Assembly (NCBI RefSeq): GCF_001194135.2
Contig: NC_068987.1
Coordinates: forward strand, 19,167,793-19,231,792
Source: Octopus bimaculoides
Taxonomy: Eukaryota
Direction: 5' to 3'
Length of the DNA: 64,000 nucleotides
Both the position numbers and the translations under genes were made by a program. The notes beneath the pieces were generated by a model that did not search any database, was not told where the DNA came from, and worked only from the letters and a program-made list of their open reading frames with translations. This document shows, piece after piece, positions 37,455 to 51,104 of this stretch; position 1 is the first letter of the stretch; every line of letters begins with the position of its first letter.

Positions 37455-37983
37455 NNNNNNNNNNNNNNNNNNNNNNNNNNNNNNNNNNNNNNNNNNNNNN
37501 NNNNNNNNNNNNNNNNNNNNNNNNNNNNNNNNNNNNNNNNNNNNNNNNNNNNNNNNNNNNNNNNNNNNNNNNNNNNNNNNNNNNNNNNNNNNNNNNNNNN
37601 NNNNNNNNNNNNNNNNNNNNNNNNNNNNNNNNNNNNNNNNNNNNNNNNNNNNNNNNNNNNNNNNNNNNNNNNNNNNNNNNNNNNNNNNNNNNNNNNNNNN
37701 NNNNNNNNNNNNNNNNNNNNNNNNNNNNNNNNNNNNNNNNNNNNNNNNNNNNNNNNNNNNNNNNNNNNNNNNNNNNNNNNNNNNNNNNNNNNNNNNNNNN
37801 NNNNNNNNNNNNNNNNNNNNNNNNNNNNNNNNNNNNNNNNNNNNNNNNNNNNNTATATATATATATATATATATCAGCTATACTTATTAATCTACATATA
37901 CATACATACAATATAGAAGATGGTTATAACATTGTATGCAGGACACACACACACACACACACAAACTCTGCTGTTACTGTATA

Positions 37984-38019
<36 letters not shown>

Positions 38020-38452
38020 TGCAAGTTCTGCACAGACTATACTTCTATAAGTGTGTTTGTCTGTAAGAGCTTATACACATGTGTGAGTGTGTGTGTGTGT
38101 GCTTGTTTGTGCACATGTTTCCCTGCATGGATGTGAATATACACATATTGTATTTATGATTTTTCACAAAGAAACCAGAAATTTTATATAAAGTGGATTT
38201 GCAAACAAATTTGCATGCTGGCACCACAATCCTCGTCACCTTCCACTCACAGTAACAGGAAATAAATTAGTAAATTTCAAGCTAAGGAGAGAACCCTCCG
38301 TATAGTTACTTGACCAGCTAGAAATAGCAGTCAAATTTCAAAAGAAATATTTTTGATCTTGTGGTTTGATATAAACTGAGAAAGGCAGGATGGTCATGGC
38401 AGAAATGGCTTTGATTATAGATCTGGTCAGAAGGGCTGATCTAGGGCTATGG

Positions 38453-38580
38453 GAAGAAGTGGTGAGGACTGATCTCAAGAGGCTGAATGTCTTGTAAAAG
38501 ATGACAAAGGACTGTGACAGGTGGTGAAATGCTGTACCTGGAAAATACCTTTCAAACTGATATCAGCATGGAGAAATAAA
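38453..38580 (+). mobile_element. RTE LINE 3' end remnant
   Basis: WEEVVRTDLKRLNV…DCDRW, a typical RTE C-terminus, followed by CAGCATGGA resembling the SINE-B tail. Confidence 0.55.
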
Positions 38581-40094
38581 CAAAATAATAAATGAATAAA
38601 CAAATAATTGCAATGAAGAAGTATTGACCACCACCTCCTCCCTCCATCATCGTCCTCATCACCATCACCATCATCATCATCATCATCATCAGAGATTTGC
38701 TATCATCCTCCTCCTCCACCTCCGCCTTCCCATTGTCATCATCAATTCATTACCATCATCCGCCTTCACATTCTCTTCGTTGTCGTCGTCGTCCTCCTCC
38801 TCCTCCTCCTCCTCTTCCTCCTCCTCGTCCTCTTCCCCCTCCTCTTCCTCCTCCGCTTCCCCCTCCTCTTCCTCCTCCTCTTCCTCCTCACTATCATCAT
38901 CAATTCATTACCATCATCCTCCTTCCCATCATCATCATCATCATCATCGTCATCAATTCACCACCACCACCACCATCCCTATCACTCACACTACTAGTAT
39001 CCAATTTTCCATGCATNNNNNNNNNNNNNNNNNNNNNNNNNNNNNNNNNNNNNNNNNNNCCTCCTCTTCCTCCTCCTCTTCCTCTTCCTCCTCCTCCACT
39101 TCCTCCTCCTCCTCCTCTTCTTCCTCCTCCACTTCCTCTCGTCCTCCTCCTCCTCCTCTTCCTCCTCCTCGTCCTCTTCCCCCTCCTCTTCCTCCTCCGC
39201 TTCCCCCTCCTCTTCCTCCTCCTCTTCCTCCTCACTATCATCATCAATTCATTACCATCATCCTCCTTCCCATCATCATCATCATCATCATCGTCATCAA
39301 TTCACCACCACCACCACCATCCCTATCACTCACACTACTAGTATCCAATTTTCCATGCATTTGCATGGGTCAGATGGAATTTGTTGAGAGATACTTTCTC
39401 ATTTTCATAGCTGGATGCCTTTCTCATCACCAACTCTCATCTATTTCCAAGCCTGTTCCTCTTGGCCGGACATGTTTTTACAGAGGACTAGAAATGAGGG
39501 ACATCGCTTGCACGACAATGATCTTTGTTTACAACTGTCACATGGTGCCAAAATGATATACACCTGCACATGCACGCACACACACACACACACGCGCGCG
39601 CATGCAAATATTTGAAGGGTTTCTTTCAGTTTCCAACTACCACTCGGGGCTTTGGTTGGCCCATTGCTATTGTTGAAGACATTTGCCCAAGGTACCATAC
39701 AGTGGGACTGAACCTCAAACCACATGGCTGGGAAGTGATCTTCTTAACTATGCAACCATGTCTACACTTGGGATGTTTAATATCTAAATTTAGGTTTCTT
39801 TCACAAATTTGCTCACAGCACCCTATCTCTGTCCCATCCCAGTGCTTGCTTAACAACAGATGGCAGCACATTGTGGCTCTATCTATATTTAATCCCCCTT
39901 TCCACCTCTACTTGTATTGCTATCCATCACCCTTACTTTCTCTCTGTCTCTCTCGCTCTCTCTCTCTCTTGCTCTCTCTCTCTCTTGCTCTCTCTCTCTC
40001 TATTCCCTTTGTTCCTGTCTCTCTCTCTCTCTCACATCAACCAACCATCAGGTAACCATCTCATATGTAATTACTCTGTGTACGTGCATGTGTG

Positions 40095-40135
<41 letters not shown>

Positions 40136-41035
40136 ACGTATATTTAGTAAGTGAGTTAGGATATATAATCCAGGCATTTACTTCATGAATCACATCTATG
40201 TATAGGGCCTATCTGAAGATTGAAAGGGGAAGCTCCCTTATGAAGCTACAGCTCCAATAAACAGAAAATCCGCAAATCACTCAGAGCTTATATNNNNNNN
40301 NNNNNNNNNNNNNNNNNNNNNNNNNNNNNNNNNNNNNNNNNNNNNNNNNNNNNNNNNNNNNNNNNNNNNNNNNNNNNNNNNNNNNNNNNNNNNNNNNNNN
40401 NNNNNNNNNNNNNNNNNNNNNNNNNNNNNNNNNNNNNNNNNNNNNNNNNNNNNNNNNNNNNNNNNNNNNNNNNNNNNNNNNNNNNNNNNNNNNNNNNNNN
40501 NNNNNNNNNNNNNNNNNNNNNNNNNNNNNNNNNNNNNNNNNNNNNNNNNNNNNNNNNNNNNNNNNNNNNNNNNNNNNNNNNNNNNNNNNNNNNNNNNNNN
40601 NNNNNNNNNNNNNNNNNNNNNNNNNNNNNNNNNNNNNNNNNNNNNNNNNNNNNNNNNNNNNNNNNNNNNNNNNNNNNNNNNNNNNNNNNNNNNNNNNNNN
40701 NNNNNNNNNNNNNNNNNNNNNNNNNNNNNNNNNNNNNNNNNNNNNNNNNNNNNNNNNNNNNNNNNNNNNNNNNNNNNNNNNNNNNNNNNNNNNNNNNNNN
40801 NNNNNNNNNNNNNNNNNNNNNNNNNNNNNNNNNNNNNNNNNNNNNNNNNNNNNNNNNNNNNNNNNNNNNNNNNNNNNNNNNNNNNNNNNNNNNNNNNNNN
40901 NNNNNNNNNNNNNNNNNNNNNNNNNNNNNNNNNNNNNNNNNNNNNNNNNNNNNNNNNNNNNNNNNNNNNNNNNNNNNNNNNNNNNNNNNNNNNNNNNNNN
41001 NNNNNNNNNNNNNNNNNNNNNNNNNNNNNNNNNNN

Positions 41036-41078
<43 letters not shown>

Positions 41079-41356
41079 TTTTCCTCTATTTCTATTTCTC
41101 CCTCTCTGTCTCTCTGTCGGTCTGCCTCTCTTGTATCCTCCCATCCATTCATATGTCATTCACTATTATCAGCCACCACTCTCTTTCTCTTCTATCACAC
41201 TCTGTTTCTTTTCCAATCCTCTCTCTACCCCCTCTGCTCCCCCCGTCTCCCATATATCTTAAATGCATAAAGAAGCAGCAGCGATGATTGAGTGAGTTGT
41301 AACTATGTACGCATGTAAACAAACACATATAAACAAAGAAACACTTTCACTAGAGC

Positions 41357-41615
41357 GTAATCGTTACCAGCGTTGCCTTCTAGCACTTGTGCTGGTGGCA
41401 CGTTAGAAAATCATTCGAGCGAGGTCGTTGCCAGTGCCACTGGACTGGCTCCCGTGCAGGTGGCATGTAAAAAACACCTTTTTGAGCGTGGCCGTTGCCA
41501 GTATCGTGTGACTGGCCCTCGTGCTGGTGGCACGTAAAAGCACCAATTACACTATCGGAGTGGTTGGCGTTAGGAAGAGCATCCAGCTGTAGAAACTCTG
41601 CCAGATCAGATTGGA
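41357..41615 (+). mobile_element. SINE-B (3' end in gap)
   Basis: Internal GTGCTGGTGGCACG units and GGTTGGCGTTAGGAAGAGCATCCAGCTGTAGAAACTCTGCC. Confidence 0.8.
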
Positions 41616-41625
41616 NNNNNNNNNN

Positions 41626-41660
<35 letters not shown>

Positions 41661-42371
41661 CATACATACACAACAATGGTAAAGTAACATCAAAGAGCTT
41701 GATGAACTCAGAGATTCAAAAGAGTCTGGAGAAGGACATGGAAGTTAAATCATCTCTCAGCCAGATATAAGTTCAAAGGAGTGTCAGGTGACATGTATGT
41801 GATAGAAGGAAGAGATGGTGGAAGAGGAAGAAGAGGAAAAAGGGGAGGACGAAGAAGAGACAGAAGCAGGGAAGGAATGGAGTGTGATGAAGGGGAAGAG
41901 GAGGATGAAGAAGAAGAGAGGGAGGAGAAAGAGGAGACAGAATAGGGAGACGAATAGGATATAGAAGAGAGAAGAAGGAGGTGGATAGGAATGTGGAGTA
42001 AGAGGAGGGAAGGTAAATGTTGAAGAAGAGAAAGATGAGGGGGAAGCAGATGAGGACAAGGAGATGAAGGAAGAAGTAGAGGGGGAGTAGGATGAGATAA
42101 AGACCTGTAAGGGAAATGGGAGTTTCTATGAGATGACAATCAATGAGTTATATCAGTCAGGTTATATCAATGGAGCTAGGTTTCAGCCAGAGAGAAGATG
42201 ACGTGGTGGCAGATTGGTTCAGTAGATAGAGTTACAAGAGGTAAGTGACAGGCTTATGAAGAATGGAAGAAAGAGTTCATCAAGGGACAATATCAGGTAG
42301 CTAGAATGGAAGCTGAGTGTCAGGTCTACTTAACAAGGAAGGAAATAGAAAGTACCTCATTTTCTGGCATA

Positions 42372-42631
42372 AAATAAATAAATGCGCCCCTTTTAAAGCC
42401 TAACCAGGCTCATGGGCCCGGTTTCCCGGTTTCAATGGTGTATGTGTTCCCCAGCTGGACGAGACACCAGTCCATCGCAGCGTTACTCATTTTTGCCAGC
42501 TGAGTGGACTGGAGCAGCGTGAAATGAAGTGTTTTGCTCAAGAACACAACGCATCGCTCGGTCCAGGAATTGAAACCACAATCTTACGATCATGGTGCTG
42601 ACACCCTAACCACTAAGCCACGTGCCTCCAC
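42372..42631 (-). mobile_element. SINE-E (head 2 + CORE-like box + tail Y), young
   Basis: Perfect 14-bp TSD CATTTTCTGGCATA (42358-42371 and 42632-42645). It has a tRNA-like head GTGGAGGCACGTGGCTTAGTGGTTAGGG…GTTTCAATTCC and body GCGATGGACTGG…GAAACCGGGAAACCGGGCCC. Confidence 0.9.
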
Positions 42632-42863
42632 CATTTTCTGGCATACAAGTTGAATTTTTCAGGCTAAAATTTACAACCAAGATAGGTTGACTTCTACAAC
42701 AAAATGACTTTGAAGGAACAAAAGTGCCATGTGAAATGCAGCAGGGCTTGGAAAGATAGTGACAATGCATGAATGTTTACACTATATATCTACAGTATAT
42801 ATGACATTGATTTGCATCCCAGAAACTACTGTATGATTTTTTCAATATTCTACAATGTAAGAT

Positions 42864-43234
42864 GTGGAGGCGCAATGGTCCAGTGGTTAGAGCAGCAGAT
42901 CGTTGTTTCGATTCCCAGACTGGGCATTGTGAGTGTTTATTGAGTGAAAACACCTAAAAGCTCCACGAGGCTCTGGCAGGGGATGGTGGCGAACCCTGCT
43001 GTACTCTTCCACCACAACTTTCTCTCACTCTTACTTCTTGTTTCTGTTGTACCTGTAATTCAAAGGGTCAACCTTGTCACTCTGTGTCACGCTGAAGCTC
43101 CCCGAGAACTATGTTAAGGGTACACATGTCTATGGAGTGCTCAGCCACTTGCACGTTAATTTCACGAGCCGGCTGTTCCGTTGATTGGATCAACTGGAAC
43201 CCTCGACGTCATAAGCGACGGAGTGCCAACAACA
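42864..43234 (+). mobile_element. Full-length SINE-D (head 1 + tail X)
   Basis: TSD ACAATG(T/C)AAGAT (42852-42863 and 43235-43246), A-box TGGTCCAGTGG, B-box GTTTCGATTCC and an (AAC)n tail. Confidence 0.9.
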
Positions 43235-44096
43235 ACAATGCAAGATATTAAAGATTGCAAAACAGCTTGTGAATATAAATAGGATATGATTGGTGAAGAC
43301 TGTGTACTTAATGATAAAAGTGCATTCACCTTCATAGATGCTGAGTAGAAAGGGGAAAGGAAATGTTGCTATGAGAGGTTGCTGAATGAGAAGAATGCAT
43401 AGGAGAGAGAGAGAGGGATTACCTTAAGTAGATCTAACAAGTCCAGTAACTGAAATAGCCAGCTATACAGTTGGAAGGGTGATTAAGAATATGAAGACAG
43501 AGAAAACAGCTGAATCATTAAAGTTAGCCACCGAGATGCTAGATATATCCAGTAGCATAGAATTTATATTGGCCACTTATATAGTCAATAAGGTTGTAGA
43601 GGAAAGGTCCATTCCCAAAGACTAATGTAGCAATATCATAAAGAACTGTTTCAAAAGCTGAGGAAATTTTCTTGAAATAAGTAATACAGAGACAAAAGTG
43701 ACGGTCCAAGTTATGAAAGTACAAGAACACATCAATGAATAATATCTCAACTAATTTGGAAGATATTGGTTTAGTTAGAATGCAATTCAGGTTTATGTCA
43801 CAACAGCGTTTAATTGATGTCCTTCATTGTGAAAACGGCTGCAAAAGTTCTTAGCAAAGAGCAAACCATTAATACCTTAGCATTCTTTAATAAGGGAAAA
43901 GTTCTGACAAGTTATCATGCTTCGTAGTTATATAATTGCTAAGAAACTTATTTAAATGGCTTATGAGACCCATACAAGTCATAGGAAACTGTTGGCAAGG
44001 TGAAAGGAATAAGTTCAGAGAGCAATTTTTTTGTTTGCAAAATGTCCATTAAAGTTTGTTTCCCAGCCCCTTCCTGTTTATTATAATACTCCAGGT

Positions 44097-44321
44097 AAGG
44101 CAGCAAGCTGACAGAATCATTATCACACTGGGCAAAATGCTTAATGGTATTTCGTTTGCCACTACATTCTGCGTTCAAATTCCGCTGAGGTCAACTTTAC
44201 CTTCCATCCTTTTGGGGTCGATAAATTAAGTACAATTTAAAGACTGGGGTCGATATAATTAACTCATCCCCCCCCCCCAAAAAAAAAATTGCTCCCTTGT
44301 GACAAAATTTGAAACCATTAC
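44097..44321 (+). mobile_element. Full-length SINE-C
   Basis: 12-bp TSD AATACTCCAGGT (44085-44096 and 44322-44333) and the core CTTCCATCCTTTTGGGGTCGATAAATTAAGTAC. Confidence 0.88.
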
Positions 44322-45252
44322 AATACTCCAGGTTGCAACAGGGAATTTTAAAACAAATGATTGTGAAATTGGGGACATCTGTATGCACATGGCTCAGTTA
44401 TTTTAGTCTTTCTAAGATTTAGAGAAGAAATTTCAAATGCAAAAGAAAAGCCTATGAATTAGAGACCTCAAATTAAAACTAGCAAAGATAAAAGTTTAAT
44501 TTAGCAGTGGAAAAAGTAGGATTATATTGACATGTGGAAAGCTGCCAAGCTGATGCTTGGGGCAGCTTCACAGATGCTGAAAAGGAGTAGGTGAGAATTT
44601 TTTTAATGTCTTAGCTGGAGAAGAAAGGGTAGCAGTCACAACACTTTCCATGGCTTCTGAGACTGGTAGAAGGAACGGAGGAAGATATCAGGGTCCTGGG
44701 CTAAACACTTGCAACAGGCACCCAAGGGCAAGATGAACAGATGCTCCATGCAATTTCTCGATTTGCATCAATAGTAATAGTGCAGTTGCACTAGAAGTCA
44801 TTCAGAAACCACATAGTTCCAAAGCAAACATTTTAACCATGCAGTCATTGCTGTACCTAGTTTAGTTACATCCCAAACAACAGCTAAATATCTCAGATCA
44901 TGTATGAGGTTATTTGAATTGCAAGAAACTGCAGTCAAGACTCCTTCCAATCACACCATAGATTTCTAAAGAAGGTAGGACATACTGAATTATTTAGTCT
45001 AAATATACTGAAATCTGGAAAAAAACCCCAAAAAACAACTGAATATTTACAAATTAAAAAGGCTAAAGGTTGAGGCAGTAAAAATGGAGAAGAACAATTG
45101 CAAGAATGGTGGAAATGGAGGGGAGAAAGGCCTGACAATAAACCAATGGTTGCGTATTGAGGTCGATTTAATCGACTGGCCCCCTCTTTAAAAATTTCGG
45201 GCCTTGTGCCTAGAATAGAAAAGAATATTTTTTAGGTATTTCAAAACCAGTT

Positions 45253-45790
45253 CTAGCCCCTGGATTTTCTAGCATTTAATGAATCTGCGTCAGCTGGATG
45301 AAGGTGCTCACAAGAAAAATAAATAAATTTTGGCTTAATGTTTTCTGTTACCATGGGAATTTGCACTGAACACAGCCTTCTTTTCTTACATCTCCAGTAT
45401 TCTTTTCCTAGTTTTGTATTGCCTGAATGAAAATCGTAGACTACTTTTCTTTTGTTTTTGGTTGATCCTATGAACTTTGTCATTTCAGGATGGGTAAATT
45501 AAGAATGTGTAAACTAAATTTGCAACACTCTCTATATACGGCACCATACTTAAGGGAAATAAGGAAAAAGAGAAAGTAAAACTCTTAATAGAGAAAGAAA
45601 AAGAACGATAATAACAATCCTATAATGAGGCTCGTTATAATTCAGTGAATATATCATTAGAGATATTTCACCTTGTTTTCTAAAGAGTTTATTTAAAATT
45701 GGACAAAAAGTTGTTGGAGAAAAAAAATCATCGGACAAAAAGACATTGGACCAAAAGACATGGATAAAAAGACGTTTGATGAAGTGATGT
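45253..45790 (-). mobile_element. Probable Mutator-like (MULE) relic: FLYWCH-type zinc-finger ORF plus subterminal short repeats
   Basis: ORF 45253-45483 contains YWRCKKRRLC…EHLHP. Upstream, at 45700-45790, are tandem GGAC(A/C)AAAAGAC units like DNA-transposon subterminal repeats. Confidence 0.55.
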
Positions 45791-46233
45791 CAAATGGAAA
45801 GATGTAGCACCATTATCACTATCATCAATATGTTCCAGGTTGTACTGCAATCAAATTTCAGTGGTTGCTCCAACGTTGAAATATTATAACTCTGAAAAAT
45901 TAACCTGACTTCATTATTAAAGTAAATAAATCAACTCACTTTCTCTTAATTTTGGAGTATTTTAGTTTTTGAGTGCTTCACACTTGTAAGCTGAGAAACA
46001 TAATTATATACCAAACATGTGTTTATAAAAGCCTAACATATGTTTAAATTTATGTGTATATATGTGGCTGTATGGTAAGAAGCTTGCTTCCCAATCACAT
46101 GGTTCTGGATTTAGTCGCACTGCATGGCACCTTGAGCCAACCAAAACCTTATGAGTGAATTTGGTAGAAGGAAACTGAAACAAGTCCATCATATATATGT
46201 ATATATATCTATGTATATATATATATATATATA

Positions 46234-46790
46234 TACAAAGGAAGAGGCTTGGAAGTGTCATTACGAAAGACTGCTGAATGTGGAGAATGAATGGGAGGAG
46301 GAGAGCCTGCCAAATGTTAACCCAGTTGAGGGACCAGCTACCCAAATCGATAGCACCCTGATAGATAAAGCAATTAAGGATATGAAGTCAGGGAAAGCCT
46401 CCCTGCCCATCAGTGATCATTGCTGAGATATCTGGTAGTATGGGTTATGGTCTAGTCACCTGTATTGTAAATCAGGTGGTTCATGAAGGAGTCATGCTCA
46501 ATGACTGGTGTGACAGCACTATACTCAATTTCTACAAAGGTAACAGTGATGACTTAAATAGAAATAATTACAGAGGTATCAAATTGTTGGATCAGGTGAT
46601 GAAAGTTATGGAGATAGTCATAGCCCAACTAATTAGGGAGAGAGTTAGCTTAGATGAGATGCAGTTTGGTTTTGTGCCAGGGAGAAGCACCACTGATGCT
46701 ATATTTCTAGTAAGGCAGCTGCTGGAGAAATATATAGCCAAAGATAAACCTCTGTGCTTGGCCTTTGTTGATCATGCTAATTTCATATCT
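46234..46790 (+). mobile_element. RTE-clade LINE fragment (N-terminal part of the RT domain), one frameshift
   Basis: …NYRGIKLLDQVMKVME…QFGFVPGRSTTDAIFLVRQLLEKY…LAFVD. It starts right after the (TA)n of a SINE-A head (about 46060-46232). Confidence 0.9.
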
Positions 46791-47338
46791 TGCCAGTTTT
46801 TGTACATCCTCTACATTTAATGCTTATATCTTACTGCCATGCTGCATTAAACTTGGTTCACAAGCATCATAGAATCTGCCCTTCACTCAGATAGAGAATC
46901 CTCAGCCAGTAGAAGTAAGAGCTCTGTATATTTTTTCCACTCCATTCTTGCTTCAGCCTGCTTTCAAAACCCCTGCCTCCACAACTAATTAGCTCACTTA
47001 ATAACAAATGACAAAAACCTTTCCTTGCTGAATAAAACGAAAAAAAGAATATTAATCACTGACTAATACTGTTTTTATTTTCTTTAACACATAAGTAGCT
47101 GTAGTTAGCTTTTTCCTGGATTCACATTTAACAGAAAAAAGAAAAGATAGAAATTTTAAAAAATGTTATTGGTTCATGGTAATGAAAATAACCTTACCCA
47201 AAGGAAAGCTATGGACTATCAAGTGGAAGAATATACTTTGTCAACCCTCTTGATTTGTATGATTTTACAACAACATAAATTCGCGACATGCTCAATTCAG
47301 GAGCTGAAAACTTTTACAGAATAGCAATGGCAGCTTAA

Positions 47339-47561
47339 TCCTTTTGGTGTCAACTTGTCTGAGACTGGTCTTAGTTCTATGATATACACTTCCTGTTTTA
47401 ATATGATCTAGATTAAAATCTACCACAATTTCATGTTAATTTATGTTCCAAACATCAACCTAACAATAACAACTTTTTTTTAGTGAATTCTTCATTGATT
47501 TCAAAATCAATAAATTGAAGCGAAGGCAGAGTATTTCAACAGAAATATGGTGCTGAAAGAG
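47339..47561. mobile_element. Degenerate piggyBac-like MITE
   Basis: TTAA|TCCTTT…AAAGAG|TTAG ends. The interior is homologous to 52635-52812. Confidence 0.55.
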
Positions 47562-48819
47562 TTAGAGTTAGGCCTTATTGAATCTGACGTGACAGAATTA
47601 TGAATGATGTCTGTTAATTTGGAATATGTTTAGTACCTCAAATTTGAGATCTATTTATTTTAATATTACTATTTTGGAAAATCTCAAATCAACTGGGATT
47701 CTTTCAAAATTTTAAATTATCAATGGTGGCAGAAAATCACCGGTGACTGCAGTATCCTAATGATATGAATGAACAATTTTGGTCACTGAAATGGGACTGC
47801 CTTTCATCAGCTTATCTCTGAGCTGTTTTGAACAGATGTATCAGAATCATTTAATCGTTTTAATCAACAACAGACCTACAGAGAACTGAAGCAAAAAGTC
47901 AAAAGAGGGATACTTAACTGAGGGCAACAATTTATTTTTGACATTGTTATAAATGCTATACAATAGAAAAATTCACATTCAAGTATCTTTTATTTATTAA
48001 TGGTCCTACTACTTTGGAAAGACACATTTCAGTCAAGCACTCATTGTATATGTGGAAGCATGTTTAGACCAACCAGTTTTCACTGCTGCATCATACAAAT
48101 GGCTGGACAGCATTGTTCTACAAAAGTGGCTCTACAGCTCATTCAACTTTCCATGTTCCAGTTTTCATTAACTGCAATTCTATTTGTAACCTTGATATCT
48201 ACTGCAAATTGGCAAATATAATTCGAGACAGAAGTGCTTCATCTATTGGGATGAAGTACTACAAATGTTGAAATATGTGTATGAGGTTTCTGATTGCATG
48301 TTTCATAATCTTTTGTGAATGATCTTGGGAATAAAATGGTACTCCTATGCAATTTTTTGACAAACATTTTTTCTTAAAAAGTGATTGGGTTGTCATTGTG
48401 AACATAGTCATTCTTCATTTTGATAGAATTATTTTACCATAGTTAAGAAGTTTGCTTCTTAAACTGCATAATCTGGGGTTCAAGTATCACTGCATGACAC
48501 CTTGAACTGGTGACTTTAGGAAGCCCGTCCAGCTGTAGAAAACCTCTGTCCCAATGTACTCTTGTCTGTAACATGGCCAAGAAGGATAGATGATGATGAT
48601 GATTGTGATTACAGAATCGAGAGGGGCATGACTGGATTGGTTTTCTACTTCATGTTAGTGAAAGAAAGGAACAACTAAAGTTTGGTTGTGATGCATATGT
48701 CTGGTGTACTCTTATCAGATGTGTAGTCATGATGCATATATTGGGCTTCATACATTTGTACCCAAGTGTCACTTTGATGGCATGCACTGCTCTCTCACTC
48801 AATAATAACAATAATAACA

Positions 48820-49035
48820 ACGATTTTCAAGTTTTGGCACAAGGCCAGCAATTTCAGGGAAAGGGGATTTTCAATTACATCAACTCCAGTGCTCAAATGG
48901 TACTTATTTTATCGACCCCAAAGGGATGAAAGACAAAGCTGACTTTGGCAGAATTTGAACTCAGAACATAAAGACAGACAAAATGCTGCTAAGCAGTTTG
49001 CTCATCATACTAATGATTCTGCAAGCTCAACATTT

Positions 49036-49040
<5 letters not shown>
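48820..49040 (-). mobile_element. SINE-C
   Basis: On plus: GGTACTTATTTTATCGACCCCAAAGGGATGAAAGACAAAGCTGAC…ATTTGAACTCAGAAC, flanked by (AAT)n. Confidence 0.8.
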
Positions 49041-49069
<29 letters not shown>

Positions 49070-49799
49070 TAATAATAAAAATTCAACAGGATTTATTTTT
49101 CTAAGCTAAATTATATGCCTACTTGACTTCAGAGCAAGCAATATACCAAAGTAAAAGGAAACTAGTAGCTGTGTTTGGATTCTCCAGATCTACGAGCAAC
49201 ATAGCAAATTAAGAACAACAATTAATTACAGGGTTTTATTTAACTTTGGAGCTATTAAGATACCAAGGAAAAAATCATCAAATACTGACAATGTTTGACT
49301 ATAGAACTAGTAACATACCAAACTGAAGTCATTCCACTAATGACAGGGTTTCACTCCAAATCTAACAACAATCAGGACTTATGAAGTCATCCTCTCTCTT
49401 TCTTGCCTTCTCTCTTCCTCTGTCTTCTGTTTATCTACCTATATACATATATACATATATGTGTGTGTATATATATGTGTGTATGTGTGTGTGTGTGTAT
49501 GTGTGTGTGTGTGTCTGTATCATACATATACATTTTGCTCTTGTCAAAATCACCATTTCCATCTATCTATCTATCTATCTACCTACCTATCTGTCTGTCT
49601 ATCTCTCTCTCTCTATCTATCTATCTATCTGTATGTGTGTGTGTGAGTATATGGTATTATCTCTCTCTCTCTCTCTCTCTCTCATTCTCTCATGTCAAAT
49701 CACCATTTTTACATATGATGATAACAGGTTACACACTCACATACACCACACATTTATTCATACACACACACACACACTAATACACTAATACATCTGTAC

Positions 49800-50060
<261 letters not shown>

Positions 50061-50363
50061 CACAACTTAACATATTTTCACATATAGATGAACATCTGTG
50101 CACACAGATGAACACAGAAACACACATACATGTATACATACAGACGAATACATATATGTATAGAAACTCACACACACACACACACACAGCCACAAATAGA
50201 CCATTGACACAGCAAAAATACAGGCTTCTAACAATGCCTCAAAGTTAAGGTAGAGATTATTTTATTAAGTATCAGTTGTATACTGGGTTCAATGTAATCA
50301 ACTTACTCTTTCTCCCCCAAATTGCTTCGCTTTGTGCCAAAATTTAAAGCCATTATTATTATT

Positions 50364-50679
50364 GTGGAGGCACATGGCCTAGTGGTTAGAGCAACGGACT
50401 TGCGGTTGAGGGATTGCAGATTCGAATCTCAGACCGGGCGATGTGTGTGTTTATGAGCAAAACACCTAAGCTCTACGTGGCTCTGGCAGAAGGGAATGGT
50501 GAACTTCTGCTAACTCTTTTGCCACAACTTTCTCTCACTCTTCCCTCCTACATCTAGCAGCTCACCTGCGATGGACTGGCATCCTGTCCAGGTGGAGAAT
50601 CTATATGCCAATAAAACCAGGAAACCAACCCTTATCAGCCAGGCATGGCTCAAGAAGGAACAAACAACAACAACAACAA

Positions 50680-50680
<1 letters not shown>
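50364..50680 (+). mobile_element. SINE with head 1 + tail Y
   Basis: The head resembles 42864 (…AAACACCTAAGCTC…CCACAACTTTCTCTCACTCTT). The tail CCTGCGATGGACTGGCATCCTGTCCAG…AAACCAGGAAACC resembles SINE-E. Confidence 0.8.
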
Positions 50681-50715
<35 letters not shown>

Positions 50716-51098
50716 GGTTCAGTAGGTTTATTTTTATAACGTGCATTCACTTCACTACCGAGCGCAGCTCTGTGCGCCTTGGGTATGTGCTGTGGTTTGC
50801 TGTGATGCTCTTATGGTTACTGTATTGAAAGTGTTTTGCGTAGGATGTGTGCAGTGCCCAGTAGTGCAATTTTCTGTATGTTATATATATTTGTAAGTCC
50901 TGGTGTTTTTGTTATGTATTTGTCTGAATATTTTTTTTTGATATTATTATCATTATTATTATTATTATTATTCAGTAGTTTTATTTTTATAACGTGCTTT
51001 CACTTCACTACCGAGCGCAGCTCTATGTGCCTTGGGTATGTGCTGTGGTTTGCTGTGGTTTGCTGTGATGGTTACTGTATTGAAAGTGTTTTGCGTAG
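50716..51098 (-). mobile_element. Two tandem 5'-truncated 3' ends of an R4/Dong-like LINE (50716-50930; 50971-51098)
   Basis: The reverse strand encodes YNIQKIALLGTAHILRKTLSIQ*, then a 3' UTR. Each copy abuts (ATT)n. Confidence 0.85.
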
Positions 51099-51104
51099 TG
51101 TGGT

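Larger units (their letters stand above)
42100..43950 (+). mobile_element. Old degenerate RTE LINE interrupted by two SINEs
   Basis: AYEEWKK…YQVARMEAECQVYL at about 42250-42340. The 43340-43950 block is colinear with the better-preserved RTE fragment at 46234-46790. Confidence 0.6.

Noticed and set aside
38790-39360. Identical ~210-bp block on both sides of gap 39017-39059
   Set aside because: An exact duplicate flanking a short gap is the signature of unmerged overlapping contig ends, so it is probably an assembly artefact.
38624-39556. 310-aa His/Ser/Pro-rich ORF and companion ORFs
   Set aside because: These are translations of CAT/CCT simple repeats spanning an N-gap, with no domain and no splice context.
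42864-42930. tRNA gene candidates (A/B boxes here and at about 18570-18643, 42560-42631, 50364-50430)
   Set aside because: They continue directly into SINE bodies, with TSDs in two cases, and lack a complete cloverleaf. They are SINE heads.
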